A stretch of 19,360 nucleotides of DNA from Pseudobdellovibrionaceae bacterium (GCA_044359815.1 JBIKLL010000052.1:1-19360); one strand, 5' to 3'; shown: positions 9,783-17,227, numbered from the stretch's first letter. The notes: generated by a model not told the origin, from the sequence alone. Numbers and translations: made by a program.

Positions 9783-11196
9783 AAAGTTCGAAGCTCGCAC
9801 GATGAGGGAAGCGCTTGAGATGGTTAAAACTCAATTGGGCCCTGACGCCATTATTCTGAGTGTGAAGGACAACAAAAAAAGATTTGGTTTGGTTGGTGAT
9901 GGCAGTATTGAAGTCACTGCCGCTGTTCAAGAATCCAGTTTGCACAAAAAGAATTTTGTGGAATCCAGAATCAAGGATGACGAAAAAGAAAGACTGATGA
10001 AGATCCCAGCCAAGGCGCAAAAGAAATATATCGACAAGATGGTTGATGGCTACACTCAGAGTCGAGCGGTGAAGCCTGAAAAACCGATTTCGTCAGTCAG
10101 ATACATTGATATTATTGATGAGGGCCAACGCGGGCAAGACGCTGCAAAATCCAGAATTAAAATGGCCGTTCAAAGGGCCAAAGACGCTATGCCATCAACG
10201 GTTACCAAGATCACTCCTAAATCCCAGCAGACAGTGACAGCAGGAAGCATTCAAATGAATGCCAATTTTGTTGATAATTTGCAGACCGAAATTGCTTCAC
10301 TGAAAAAAGTCATTGCTGATTTAAAGGGTTCGCCCACTCCGGCACTGAAGCTTTCACAGTACGGATTGCCATCAGAGGTTCTGCCAACCTTTGATCGGTT
10401 GATCAGTTCTGGAATCGCAGAAGATGTCGTAGTGCAGCTATTAAAAAGCGCAGTATCTGGACTGCCGGCTCAGAGGCTAAAAACCAAAGCCATCGTTGAT
10501 GGCTGGTGTGCTCGTGAAATCTTGCAGGGGACTAAGACTGTTTCCCACCAAGATACAAAGATTCAAATATTTTTGGGACCAGCTGGTTCTGGCAAGACTG
10601 CTTGTCTGATCAAATACGCTGCAAACCTGGTGATCAAACATAAAAAAAATATTGCCATCGTCACAACAGACAATCGCAAAGTAGGTGCTGTAGATCAGCT
10701 GCGAACCTATGCTCAGATTTTAAATGTGCCCTTTGCTACAATAAAACAAGGCACTGATTGGCAAAGGGTTTTGCCGGCACTGGCAAGCTTTGATCATATT
10801 TTGATAGATACATTTGGGTATTCGCTAAAATCAACTGAAGAAATTGGCGAGCTTAAGTCGCTGTTGCCACCAGATCATTTGCAAACAGTGAATCATCTGG
10901 TTTTAAGTGCTACGGCCAAAGACATTGATTTGACCGAAATCGGACGCAGATATTCCAACATAAAAATCAGCGATTTGATTTTCACCAGGATTGATGAATC
11001 AGTCGAACACGGAGCCATTTATAATTTTGCGACCAGATTTCAAAAGCCCCTGCACAGTTTTGGGATTGGACCCAGAATCCCCGAGGATTTTGAGGACGCA
11101 ACCAGGGAACGATTAGTTGATTTAATTTTTAAACTTTCAAAACAAAAATCGCTTGAAGGCGAACATTCAGATTCGGGAGTAGAAAATGCCAGTTAA
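9772..11196 (+). CDS. flhF: Flagellar SRP-type GTPase FlhF (divergent G motifs)
   Basis: N-terminal MQVKKFEARTMREALEMVKTQLGPDAIILS, P-loop GPAGSGKT, QLRTYAQIL, GPRIPED; follows flhA. Confidence 0.93.
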   Translation: MQVKKFEARTMREALEMVKTQLGPDAIILSVKDNKKRFGLVGDGSIEVTAAVQESSLHKKNFVESRIKDDEKERLMKIPAKAQKKYIDKMVDGYTQSRAVKPEKPISSVRYIDIIDEGQRGQDAAKSRIKMAVQRAKDAMPSTVTKITPKSQQTVTAGSIQMNANFVDNLQTEIASLKKVIADLKGSPTPALKLSQYGLPSEVLPTFDRLISSGIAEDVVVQLLKSAVSGLPAQRLKTKAIVDGWCAREILQGTKTVSHQDTKIQIFLGPAGSGKTACLIKYAANLVIKHKKNIAIVTTDNRKVGAVDQLRTYAQILNVPFATIKQGTDWQRVLPALASFDHILIDTFGYSLKSTEEIGELKSLLPPDHLQTVNHLVLSATAKDIDLTEIGRRYSNIKISDLIFTRIDESVEHGAIYNFATRFQKPLHSFGIGPRIPEDFEDATRERLVDLIFKLSKQKSLEGEHSDSGVENAS

Positions 11197-11995
11197 GACA
11201 AAAACAGTCAGCATCACATCAGGTAAGGGTGGAGTCGGCAAAACCACCATGACAGCAAATTTAGCCATGTGCTTGGCCCTTAAGGGAAAGCGAGTCCTGA
11301 TTCTGGACGGTGATTTAGGAATGGCCAACATTGATTTGGTTTTCGGAATCAAGGCTGATCGAAATTTGTCATCGCTGTTAAATGGAGACTGTTCGATTCA
11401 AGACCTGATCCTGCCAGTGATGCCTAATATTTCGTTGTTAAGTGGTGGTAGTGGATTGGTCGAACTGAATCGTCTGAATCAAGCTCACCGGCAGGGAATT
11501 ATGGATTCGATCAGCGAGCTTGAATATCAATATGATTATTTGTTGATCGATACTGCACCTGGAATTTCAGACAATGTTTTGTATTTCAATGCAGCAGCAC
11601 AAGTGTCCATGGTGGTGATCACTCCTGACCCAACATCACTGGCTGATTCATACGCATTGATTAAAACCTTGAACAAAGAATACCGTGAAACCCGATTTGC
11701 GATTGTGTGCAATCAGGTCCGCGACGAGGCCGAGGGTATGATGCTGTTTCAAAAATTCAGCGAAATCGTATCCAGGTTTCTGTACATAGGTCTTGATTAT
11801 GTTGGCAGCCAACCGACTGATAATTTGATTAAAAAGTCATTGCAGAATCAGCGTCTCATAATGAAACACGAGCCGCAATCACTGGCCGCAGAGGGGTTCA
11901 GAAGGATTCAGCGTAAGTTAGAGGAATCTTTGGCGGAATCAAAAGACAAGTCTGGGTTGCAGTTTTTCTGGGGCCAGGTCGTTGGAGTGGCATGA
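11186..11995 (+). CDS. flhG: MinD-like ATPase FlhG/FleN
   Basis: Deviant Walker A SGKGGVGKT, DGDLGMANID, DTAPGI, TSLADSYALIK; lies between flhF and fliA. Confidence 0.93.
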   Translation: MPVKTKTVSITSGKGGVGKTTMTANLAMCLALKGKRVLILDGDLGMANIDLVFGIKADRNLSSLLNGDCSIQDLILPVMPNISLLSGGSGLVELNRLNQAHRQGIMDSISELEYQYDYLLIDTAPGISDNVLYFNAAAQVSMVVITPDPTSLADSYALIKTLNKEYRETRFAIVCNQVRDEAEGMMLFQKFSEIVSRFLYIGLDYVGSQPTDNLIKKSLQNQRLIMKHEPQSLAAEGFRRIQRKLEESLAESKDKSGLQFFWGQVVGVA

Positions 11996-12053
11996 TTTAT
12001 TTGGACTTTGGAACATTCCAACAATTTGATACGATTTTTTATGTGGGGTGGAA

Positions 12054-12929
12054 ATGGCTAAGAACTTAGCGGCTTTTAAGAAATACAAAGACGAAACCGC
12101 GACTCAATCAACCGTTCAGACAACTGCTCAGAATGTCACTGAAATTAAAAATCCAGCGGGCAGCACTCAGCCAAAACCAGAACCAGGTAAGCGCTTTACT
12201 TTGGAAGAAAAAAACAAACTGGTTTTAGAATACGCTCCGTTGATAAAATTTATCGCTCAAAAAATCGCAATCAGATTGCCATCAAATATTGAATTAGATG
12301 ATTTGATCTCAAGCGGTGTGATCGGATTAATGGACGCCATTGATAAATACGATCCCAGCCGTGACAATAAATTTAAAACCTACGCAGAGTTTCGTGTGCG
12401 TGGTGCAATATTGGATGAATTGCGTGCACAGGATTGGGTGCCCCGATCCATACGTGACAAAGCCAAACTGTTGGATAAAACCATGGTCAACCTGGAAGCT
12501 CAATTGGGTAGGGTTGCCACTGATGAAGAAGTCGCTCAAGCGCTGAATCTAAACATTGATGAATTTCACGATTTGTTAAACCAAGTCAGACCCGTTAGTT
12601 TGCTGTCGATTGATGACACCCAGACATTTTCAAATGTGGATAAGAAATCCATTTTAAATATTTTGGAAGGCTGCAGGCTTAATAATCCCTTTAATCAATT
12701 AAATATTAAAACTGTTAAAACCGTAGTGACCACTGCGATAGAGGAATTGCCAGAGCGTCAGCGCTTGGTATTGTCGCTGTATTATTACGAAGATCTTAAT
12801 CTGAAAGAAATCGGCAAGGTCCTGCGAGTGACTGAAAGCCGTGTTTCACAGCTGCATGCACAGGCCGTATCAAGGCTCAGAAACAAGCTTCAACAAATGC
12901 TGGGATCTGGCGAACTGGACGTTGCTTAA
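12054..12929 (+). CDS. fliA: RNA polymerase sigma28 factor FliA
   Basis: DDLISSGVIGL, RGAILDELRAQDWVPRS, EIGKVLRVTESRVSQLH. Start is ATG 12054 or GTG 12048. Confidence 0.97.
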   Translation: MAKNLAAFKKYKDETATQSTVQTTAQNVTEIKNPAGSTQPKPEPGKRFTLEEKNKLVLEYAPLIKFIAQKIAIRLPSNIELDDLISSGVIGLMDAIDKYDPSRDNKFKTYAEFRVRGAILDELRAQDWVPRSIRDKAKLLDKTMVNLEAQLGRVATDEEVAQALNLNIDEFHDLLNQVRPVSLLSIDDTQTFSNVDKKSILNILEGCRLNNPFNQLNIKTVKTVVTTAIEELPERQRLVLSLYYYEDLNLKEIGKVLRVTESRVSQLHAQAVSRLRNKLQQMLGSGELDVA

Positions 12930-12997
12930 TTTTACGCCGCTTAATTTTACGCCGCTTAATTATACGCCGCTTAGTTAGACTCTTAGTTAGACGCCGC
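12919..12997 (+). repeat. Degenerate 15-bp tandem repeat (consensus ACGCCGCTTAATTWT), about 5.5 units
   Basis: Units: ACGTTGCTTAATTTT, ACGCCGCTTAATTTT, ACGCCGCTTAATTAT, ACGCCGCTTAGTTAG, ACTCTTAGTTAG, ACGCCGC. The first unit contains the fliA stop. Confidence 0.92.
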
Positions 12998-13026
12998 AAA
13001 ACTGCGACGTCATTAATGTCAGTCGA

Positions 13027-13299
13027 TTAATTTCCACCACAAGATTTAGCGATTTCAATTGCATGGGACATATAATATCCACTCTGACCATCAAGGATTG
13101 ATTTCACGCAACTATTGGTTCTGTTTCCCTGGCAAGCTTCAGCGACTTCGATTGCGCTCGATAAATAATATCCAGAAAATTTATTCAAGATGTATTTTAC
13201 ACAGCACGCTCGAGCGACGTCCAAAGCGGTTTCAAAATAATATCCACTAAATCTGTCCAGAATTGATCCTGATTCGACTTTAAGATGACTACTGCTCAT
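13027..13299 (-). CDS. Small protein or 3' gene remnant with three Cys/SGYY repeats; family not recognised
   Basis: Three copies of (CVK)xIL[DN]xxSGYYxxxA[IL][ED][VI]AxxC, conserved at protein level with divergent codons. No RBS and no signal peptide. Confidence 0.7.
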   Translation of the reverse strand: MSSSHLKVESGSILDRFSGYYFETALDVARACCVKYILNKFSGYYLSSAIEVAEACQGNRTNSCVKSILDGQSGYYMSHAIEIAKSCGGN

Positions 13300-13317
13300 A
13301 TTTACCGAAATGGATAA

Positions 13318-13665
13318 TCAATGCGGGATTCTGATTATTCGGGATCTGCCGGCATCATACACATACAAATAATTTGAATCTGCAGCTAATCCACTGGGAC
13401 TGTCAAAGCCTAGGCTTGAACCTGCAACTGGTTTTGGGATACCGCCTGTGCACCAGCCAGGAGTGAATGACCCCGGGGCAGCTGAAGTACAGCCAGAATC
13501 TCCTCCAGTAGGAGTGGAAGAAATCGTACCCATCCATCCTAAATATTCACCGGTAGTAGCATTGTATTTTTGCAGAACATTTTCCGAGGATCCACTGCCG
13601 TCAGATACATATAAATATCCATTGTGGTAATGCAAACCCTTGATTGATAAAAAGGCTCCCTCTGG
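13318..13665 (-). pseudogene. 5'-truncated C-terminal fragment of an NHL-repeat beta-propeller protein
   Basis: Two NHL-like blades: GAFLSIKGLHYHNGYLYVSD and GFDSPSGLAADSNYLYVYDAGRSRI. The NHL pattern continues upstream of the called TTG. The frame is open to a stop at 13720-13722 with no upstream ATG, GTG or TTG. Confidence 0.7.
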
Positions 13666-13670
13666 AGCCT
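13649..13670 (-). terminator. Candidate intrinsic terminator
   Basis: Minus strand reads AGGCTCC-AGAG-GGAGCCT-TTTT. It lies at the apparent truncation point of the NHL fragment. Confidence 0.4.
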
Positions 13671-13845
13671 GATTTTGGTATTTATAAAAATGGCTATCAA
13701 ACAGTGCTGGGACTTGAGTTTAATTAATTGTTTCAAATTGATATATTGGGTGTTCAGAGTCTGGCAGATGACCACATATTTATAACTGTTCAGTCGCAAA
13801 ATCTGAGTTTTTTCAGGAATCCTAAAGCATAGCTGATTTCGCAAC

Positions 13846-13861
13846 TGGTCCGTCGATTGCA
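13846..13861 (+). promoter_or_regulatory. Possible sigma54 promoter of the secreted Cys-rich protein
   Basis: TGGTCC-GTCGA-TTGCA has correct GG-N10-GC spacing and TTGCA but an imperfect -24 box; about 40 nt upstream of the ATG. Confidence 0.4.
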
Positions 13862-13900
13862 CTTTAATCGGGAAGGTATCAAGTTTTAAAGGGGGATAGG

Positions 13901-14395
13901 ATGACAAAATTTATTTGTATCATTACAGGATTGTTTTTTTCGATTTCAACATTTGCAAATAATTTTGATAGTGGCGACATAAATTTTTTCACTCAAGGCC
14001 AAAGCTTGTGCCGCAGCGGCGAGCCCATTGAAGCCTGCCGACAATTTGGCGCAAAAACCAAATCAGGCGATAAAACTTATTTTCACCAAGAATGTATAAA
14101 TGGGTATCGCACTCAGGAACGTGCATTTGGTGGAACCTGCCAGAGAATCCTTGATCCCGTAAAATTTGGACATGATTTATGCAGACAGGGAAGAGGTATT
14201 TCTGAATGCTCTAATCCTAAATTCAGATTCAAAAATATGGAAGCCAGAGATCAATGTGCTGAAGCTTATGATGGTATGAGTAGAAATCTATCTTTTTCGG
14301 AGTTGCGGGGTCTATGTTTGAGTTACCGTAATAGCATAATCCAAAACCAGTTGCCGCCTCCAGTACTGCGCCCAGGTATAGGGATACGGGAATAA
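13901..14395 (+). CDS. Secreted cysteine-rich hypothetical protein with two internal 4-Cys repeats
   Basis: Purine-rich RBS (AGGGGGATAGG), Sec signal peptide ending STFA, eight Cys in the mature part, GxxLCRxGxxIxxC twice. Confidence 0.85.
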   Translation: MTKFICIITGLFFSISTFANNFDSGDINFFTQGQSLCRSGEPIEACRQFGAKTKSGDKTYFHQECINGYRTQERAFGGTCQRILDPVKFGHDLCRQGRGISECSNPKFRFKNMEARDQCAEAYDGMSRNLSFSELRGLCLSYRNSIIQNQLPPPVLRPGIGIRE

Positions 14396-14419
14396 AGCCC
14401 GAACTCCCTAAGCTGAATT

Positions 14420-14466
14420 GGCAGATTAGTTTACCATTGTACTGGTAATTTCTGCCGCCATTTTTT
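14420..14466. terminator. Interrupted hairpin between convergent genes (candidate terminator)
   Basis: GGCAGA/TCTGCC outer stem and TTACCA/TGGTAA inner stem, then a T-run on the + strand. A second hairpin, TAGGGA..CGGG/CCCG..TCCCTA (14379-14410), spans the upstream stop. Confidence 0.4.
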
Positions 14467-15790
14467 AATTACAGATGGAATAAGCAACTTTGGAAAAAAC
14501 CGAAACTCCACCTTTTTGCCAGCAACTGTTTTTGTCCTTTACTCTGATTCCATCCGGATAAAAATAAATTGTAGTTGGGTCAGCTCCAGCGAAATGGTAA
14601 TACTGTATACCCGTGCAATCATAAATTGAATAGTGCAGGTAAGTATTGCCGTCGGTGAAATAATATGAATTCCCAATTCGATTGAAGTTTAAACCGTTGC
14701 TAGACAAATGTGTGTTGTGTCCAATCCAAAACATATTAGTATCTCTCACCACTTGAACTTCGCAGATATCTATTGATGAATCTACTTCAAATGATTGAAA
14801 CTGCACTGTCGACAAAGATGCGTCCAGAAAATAAATTGATCCATTGTAATGATAGAAAATCGAGTCTCCGTCAGTCATAAACGTAGACTTGGAAATTACA
14901 TTGGGTACTGGATTATAAAGAACCCTTACCTGATTTACATTCACGCCCAATACTTTTTGCGGGATGGAGTGATTAACAAAATAATAATACAAGTCTTCGC
15001 CAATCAGAAAGTATGAGTCGACAACGCTGTAATAACTATTGCCGGAACCAAATGGAACTGAATTATAGTTATTAAGAGCATCAAATATTTTAAACTTGGT
15101 CGCTCCGTTGTGTGAAATATGCCTTAAGCTTGTGCCGCCAACTTTGGAGGTAAATAGACTTTGATTAGCTAGTGCACTAGTCCCAACAGGAAACGAATTT
15201 GCTTCAGTATAGGGAAGGTTGCTGGTGGCGAGGCTTGTGTTTCCCATATACAAAACACCAGTTCTAAAGCTAAACAATGAAACTGTCAGGCGACCAACAG
15301 TTTCTCTGTATGAAGAAGGATTTTTGATAGACCCATAACATGTGATTTTATAGTCCGTTGCTTTACCCCAGGAAGAACTGATTTGAAATCCAGTTTTTTT
15401 CCCAATGCTTTTTGTTGTCTTTTGAGGGAATCCCGTCACGCTTTCCAAAAGTATGCATTCACCCACATCACCTGAAAACGAAACTGGTAAATCATACAGA
15501 TAGGTTGTTTGGTTACCTTTGTTAAAAACAGTTTCGATTTTACCAGGGGTCACGATAGTAACATTAAAATTGGGATCGTTCTGGATCGGTGGGTCAGCAG
15601 GAGGATCAGTCGGTAAGCCGGGATCATTCGCAGCCAATGTCGTCGTCGTTGTATTATTTTGAGAATTATTACCTGTGCTGCTGGAATCAGTGCCAAGGCT
15701 TGGTGAATCCGATGGTTTACAGTTTTGAAAGGCCACCATTAAAACAGTGACTACGACAATCCCCAGGAATTTACGCGTACTTTTGTTCAT
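14465..15790 (-). CDS. Putative surface lipoprotein with S/T/P-rich tether, beta-rich domain and C-terminal DKNYY-like repeats
   Basis: Signal MNKSTRK-hydrophobic-AFQNC, low-complexity linker, repeated FxxDGxxIFY-type strands and GADPTT...KDKNSCW. The DKNYY resemblance is by eye. Confidence 0.8.
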   Translation of the reverse strand: MNKSTRKFLGIVVVTVLMVAFQNCKPSDSPSLGTDSSSTGNNSQNNTTTTTLAANDPGLPTDPPADPPIQNDPNFNVTIVTPGKIETVFNKGNQTTYLYDLPVSFSGDVGECILLESVTGFPQKTTKSIGKKTGFQISSSWGKATDYKITCYGSIKNPSSYRETVGRLTVSLFSFRTGVLYMGNTSLATSNLPYTEANSFPVGTSALANQSLFTSKVGGTSLRHISHNGATKFKIFDALNNYNSVPFGSGNSYYSVVDSYFLIGEDLYYYFVNHSIPQKVLGVNVNQVRVLYNPVPNVISKSTFMTDGDSIFYHYNGSIYFLDASLSTVQFQSFEVDSSIDICEVQVVRDTNMFWIGHNTHLSSNGLNFNRIGNSYYFTDGNTYLHYSIYDCTGIQYYHFAGADPTTIYFYPDGIRVKDKNSCWQKGGVSVFSKVAYSICN

Positions 15791-15798
15791 ATATCTGC

Positions 15799-15826
15799 TT
15801 GTCGGCAGAATTATTTCAGTACTTTA
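15799..15826 (-). promoter_or_regulatory. Sigma28 (FliA)-type promoter
   Basis: Minus strand TAAA-N16-GCCGACAA versus consensus TAAA-N15/16-GCCGATAA. It ends 8 nt before the ATG and there is no Shine-Dalgarno. Confidence 0.7.
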
Positions 15827-15839
15827 GTCTGTTTGTTAA

Positions 15840-16904
15840 CTACCTAATCGATGGTAATCGGCCTTTGATTTTTTGCATCAGGCGGGCTTCCATCTGTCTG
15901 ACGGCTTCGCGGGTGATGCCGTATTTGTCGCCGATTTCTTGTAGGGTCAGAGGTTCGTCGTTTAATAAACGTTCTTCCAAAATTATTTTTTCTCGCTCGG
16001 TCAGCTCTGGTCGCAGGCTTTCGATGGTGGTTTTTAGCTTATCGATTTCTTCAAACTTTGATAATTCCTCATCGGGTGCAGGACTTGTGTTTTTTTGCAA
16101 ATCCATCAATCGTGTCGGCGAATCCTCATCGACAGGTGCGCTCAGGCTGACATCGCGGCCTGACATCCGTTGCGCCATGATTTGCACTTCTTCCTCGGGG
16201 ATTCCCAATTTTTCGGCTATTTGTTTGAGGTTTGATGAATCACCCATGTTGTCCAAATTTTCGCGTTCTTTTTTTAATTGGTAAAAAAGTCTTTTTTGAT
16301 TTTGAGTGGTACCAATTTTAACCATCGAATACTGCTTCATTAAATATTCCTGAATGTAACCCTTGATCCACCAAACCGCATAGGTGATCAGACGAACGCC
16401 TTTGTAGGGATTAAAATCACGTACGGCGTGCATCAGTCCCATGTTGCCTTCCTGAACCAGGTCAATCATTCGGGCTCCGAATTTTGAATATTCGGCAGCA
16501 ACCTTTACCACAAATCTCAGATTGGCTGTCACCAAAGCCTGAGCCGCAGCGGGATCCTTTGTTTCATAATACTTTTTTGCTAATTCCAGTTCTTGCTCGC
16601 GGGTTAACAGGGGATATTTGCGGATCTCGTTCATGTAAACAGTGATGGGATCAGCCGGCGCCAGAGCTTTAATATCTGGATCAACCAAATCTTCAGATTC
16701 AATTTTGGAAACCGTGGCAGAATTTTTTCTGTAATCGGAATCACTAAATTGTTTATTTGATTTTACAGGTATCGCTTTTGAGTCAGACTTTGAAGTCTTG
16801 CCGACAGTTTTTGTTTTAATCGTAGAATCACGATCGACGATTTCAGGAACCAAAGGCTTTTTGGGTTTGGCAGATTTTTGACTACCAATTTTTGATTTAG
16901 CCAT
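15840..16904 (-). CDS. rpoH: RNA polymerase sigma32-family factor (RpoH-like)
   Basis: YMNEIRKYPLLT, LVTANLRFVV, DLVQEGNMGLM, YAVWWIK, RpoH-box-like QKRLFYQLK, and region 4 TLQEIGDKYGITREAVRQME. Confidence 0.88.
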   Translation of the reverse strand: MAKSKIGSQKSAKPKKPLVPEIVDRDSTIKTKTVGKTSKSDSKAIPVKSNKQFSDSDYRKNSATVSKIESEDLVDPDIKALAPADPITVYMNEIRKYPLLTREQELELAKKYYETKDPAAAQALVTANLRFVVKVAAEYSKFGARMIDLVQEGNMGLMHAVRDFNPYKGVRLITYAVWWIKGYIQEYLMKQYSMVKIGTTQNQKRLFYQLKKERENLDNMGDSSNLKQIAEKLGIPEEEVQIMAQRMSGRDVSLSAPVDEDSPTRLMDLQKNTSPAPDEELSKFEEIDKLKTTIESLRPELTEREKIILEERLLNDEPLTLQEIGDKYGITREAVRQMEARLMQKIKGRLPSIR

Positions 16905-16906
16905 TT

Positions 16907-17212
16907 TTACGCCAAATATTTATTTAATTTTTTTTGGATGGTCTCTTGGACTTTGCCTTTAACTGGAGTCAGCAAAAATGGCAGGTCCACAATGACTGAA
17001 ACCAGAGATCCTTTTCCGCCATCTTTGACAATAATATCGGCCTTAAATTGTTTTCCGATGACCTTGCCGGTATGTGATCCGGGAGTGAATTCAACCTTGA
17101 TGGCATCGTCAATTTTTTTAAGATCAGCGTCAGTTTCAAAAAAAGTCTTAATTTTTTCAAACGCTGCAGCTGAGCTTAAAGATGTATTGTGATCTACGGT
17201 AACTTTTGGCAT
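16907..17212 (-). CDS. Polyhydroxyalkanoic acid system family protein (PHA_gran_rgn-like)
   Basis: About 100 aa, N-terminal MPKVTVDH..L, C-terminal VDLPFLLTPVKGKVQETIQKKL pattern. Stop is 2 nt from the rpoH ATG. Confidence 0.7.
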   Translation of the reverse strand: MPKVTVDHNTSLSSAAAFEKIKTFFETDADLKKIDDAIKVEFTPGSHTGKVIGKQFKADIIVKDGGKGSLVSVIVDLPFLLTPVKGKVQETIQKKLNKYLA

Positions 17213-17227
17213 ACACAACTAAATACT

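Noticed and set aside
11988..12021. Internal sigma54 promoter (TGGCAT) or TTGGAA-CA-TTCCAA operator before fliA
   Set aside because: No GC at the -12 position. The short dyad has different spacing from the TTTGGA/TCCAAA dyad upstream of fliL, so a shared site is unsupported.
12919..12997. CRISPR or iteron interpretation of the 15-bp repeats
   Set aside because: Units are head-to-tail with no spacers, and there is no rep or cas gene nearby.
13539..13907. 122-aa minus-strand ORF
   Set aside because: Overlaps the NHL fragment in another frame and the promoter/RBS of the 13901 gene; no recognisable protein features.
12930..15839. Prophage, integron or IS origin for the accessory slot
   Set aside because: No integrase, transposase, attC-like sites or terminal repeats bounding the region were seen.
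15799..16284. 161-aa plus-strand ORF, and the other short ORFs nested in the fli/flh, suhB, SPOR and aspS genes
   Set aside because: Antisense or alternate-frame shadows of well-supported genes, with no motifs or RBS.
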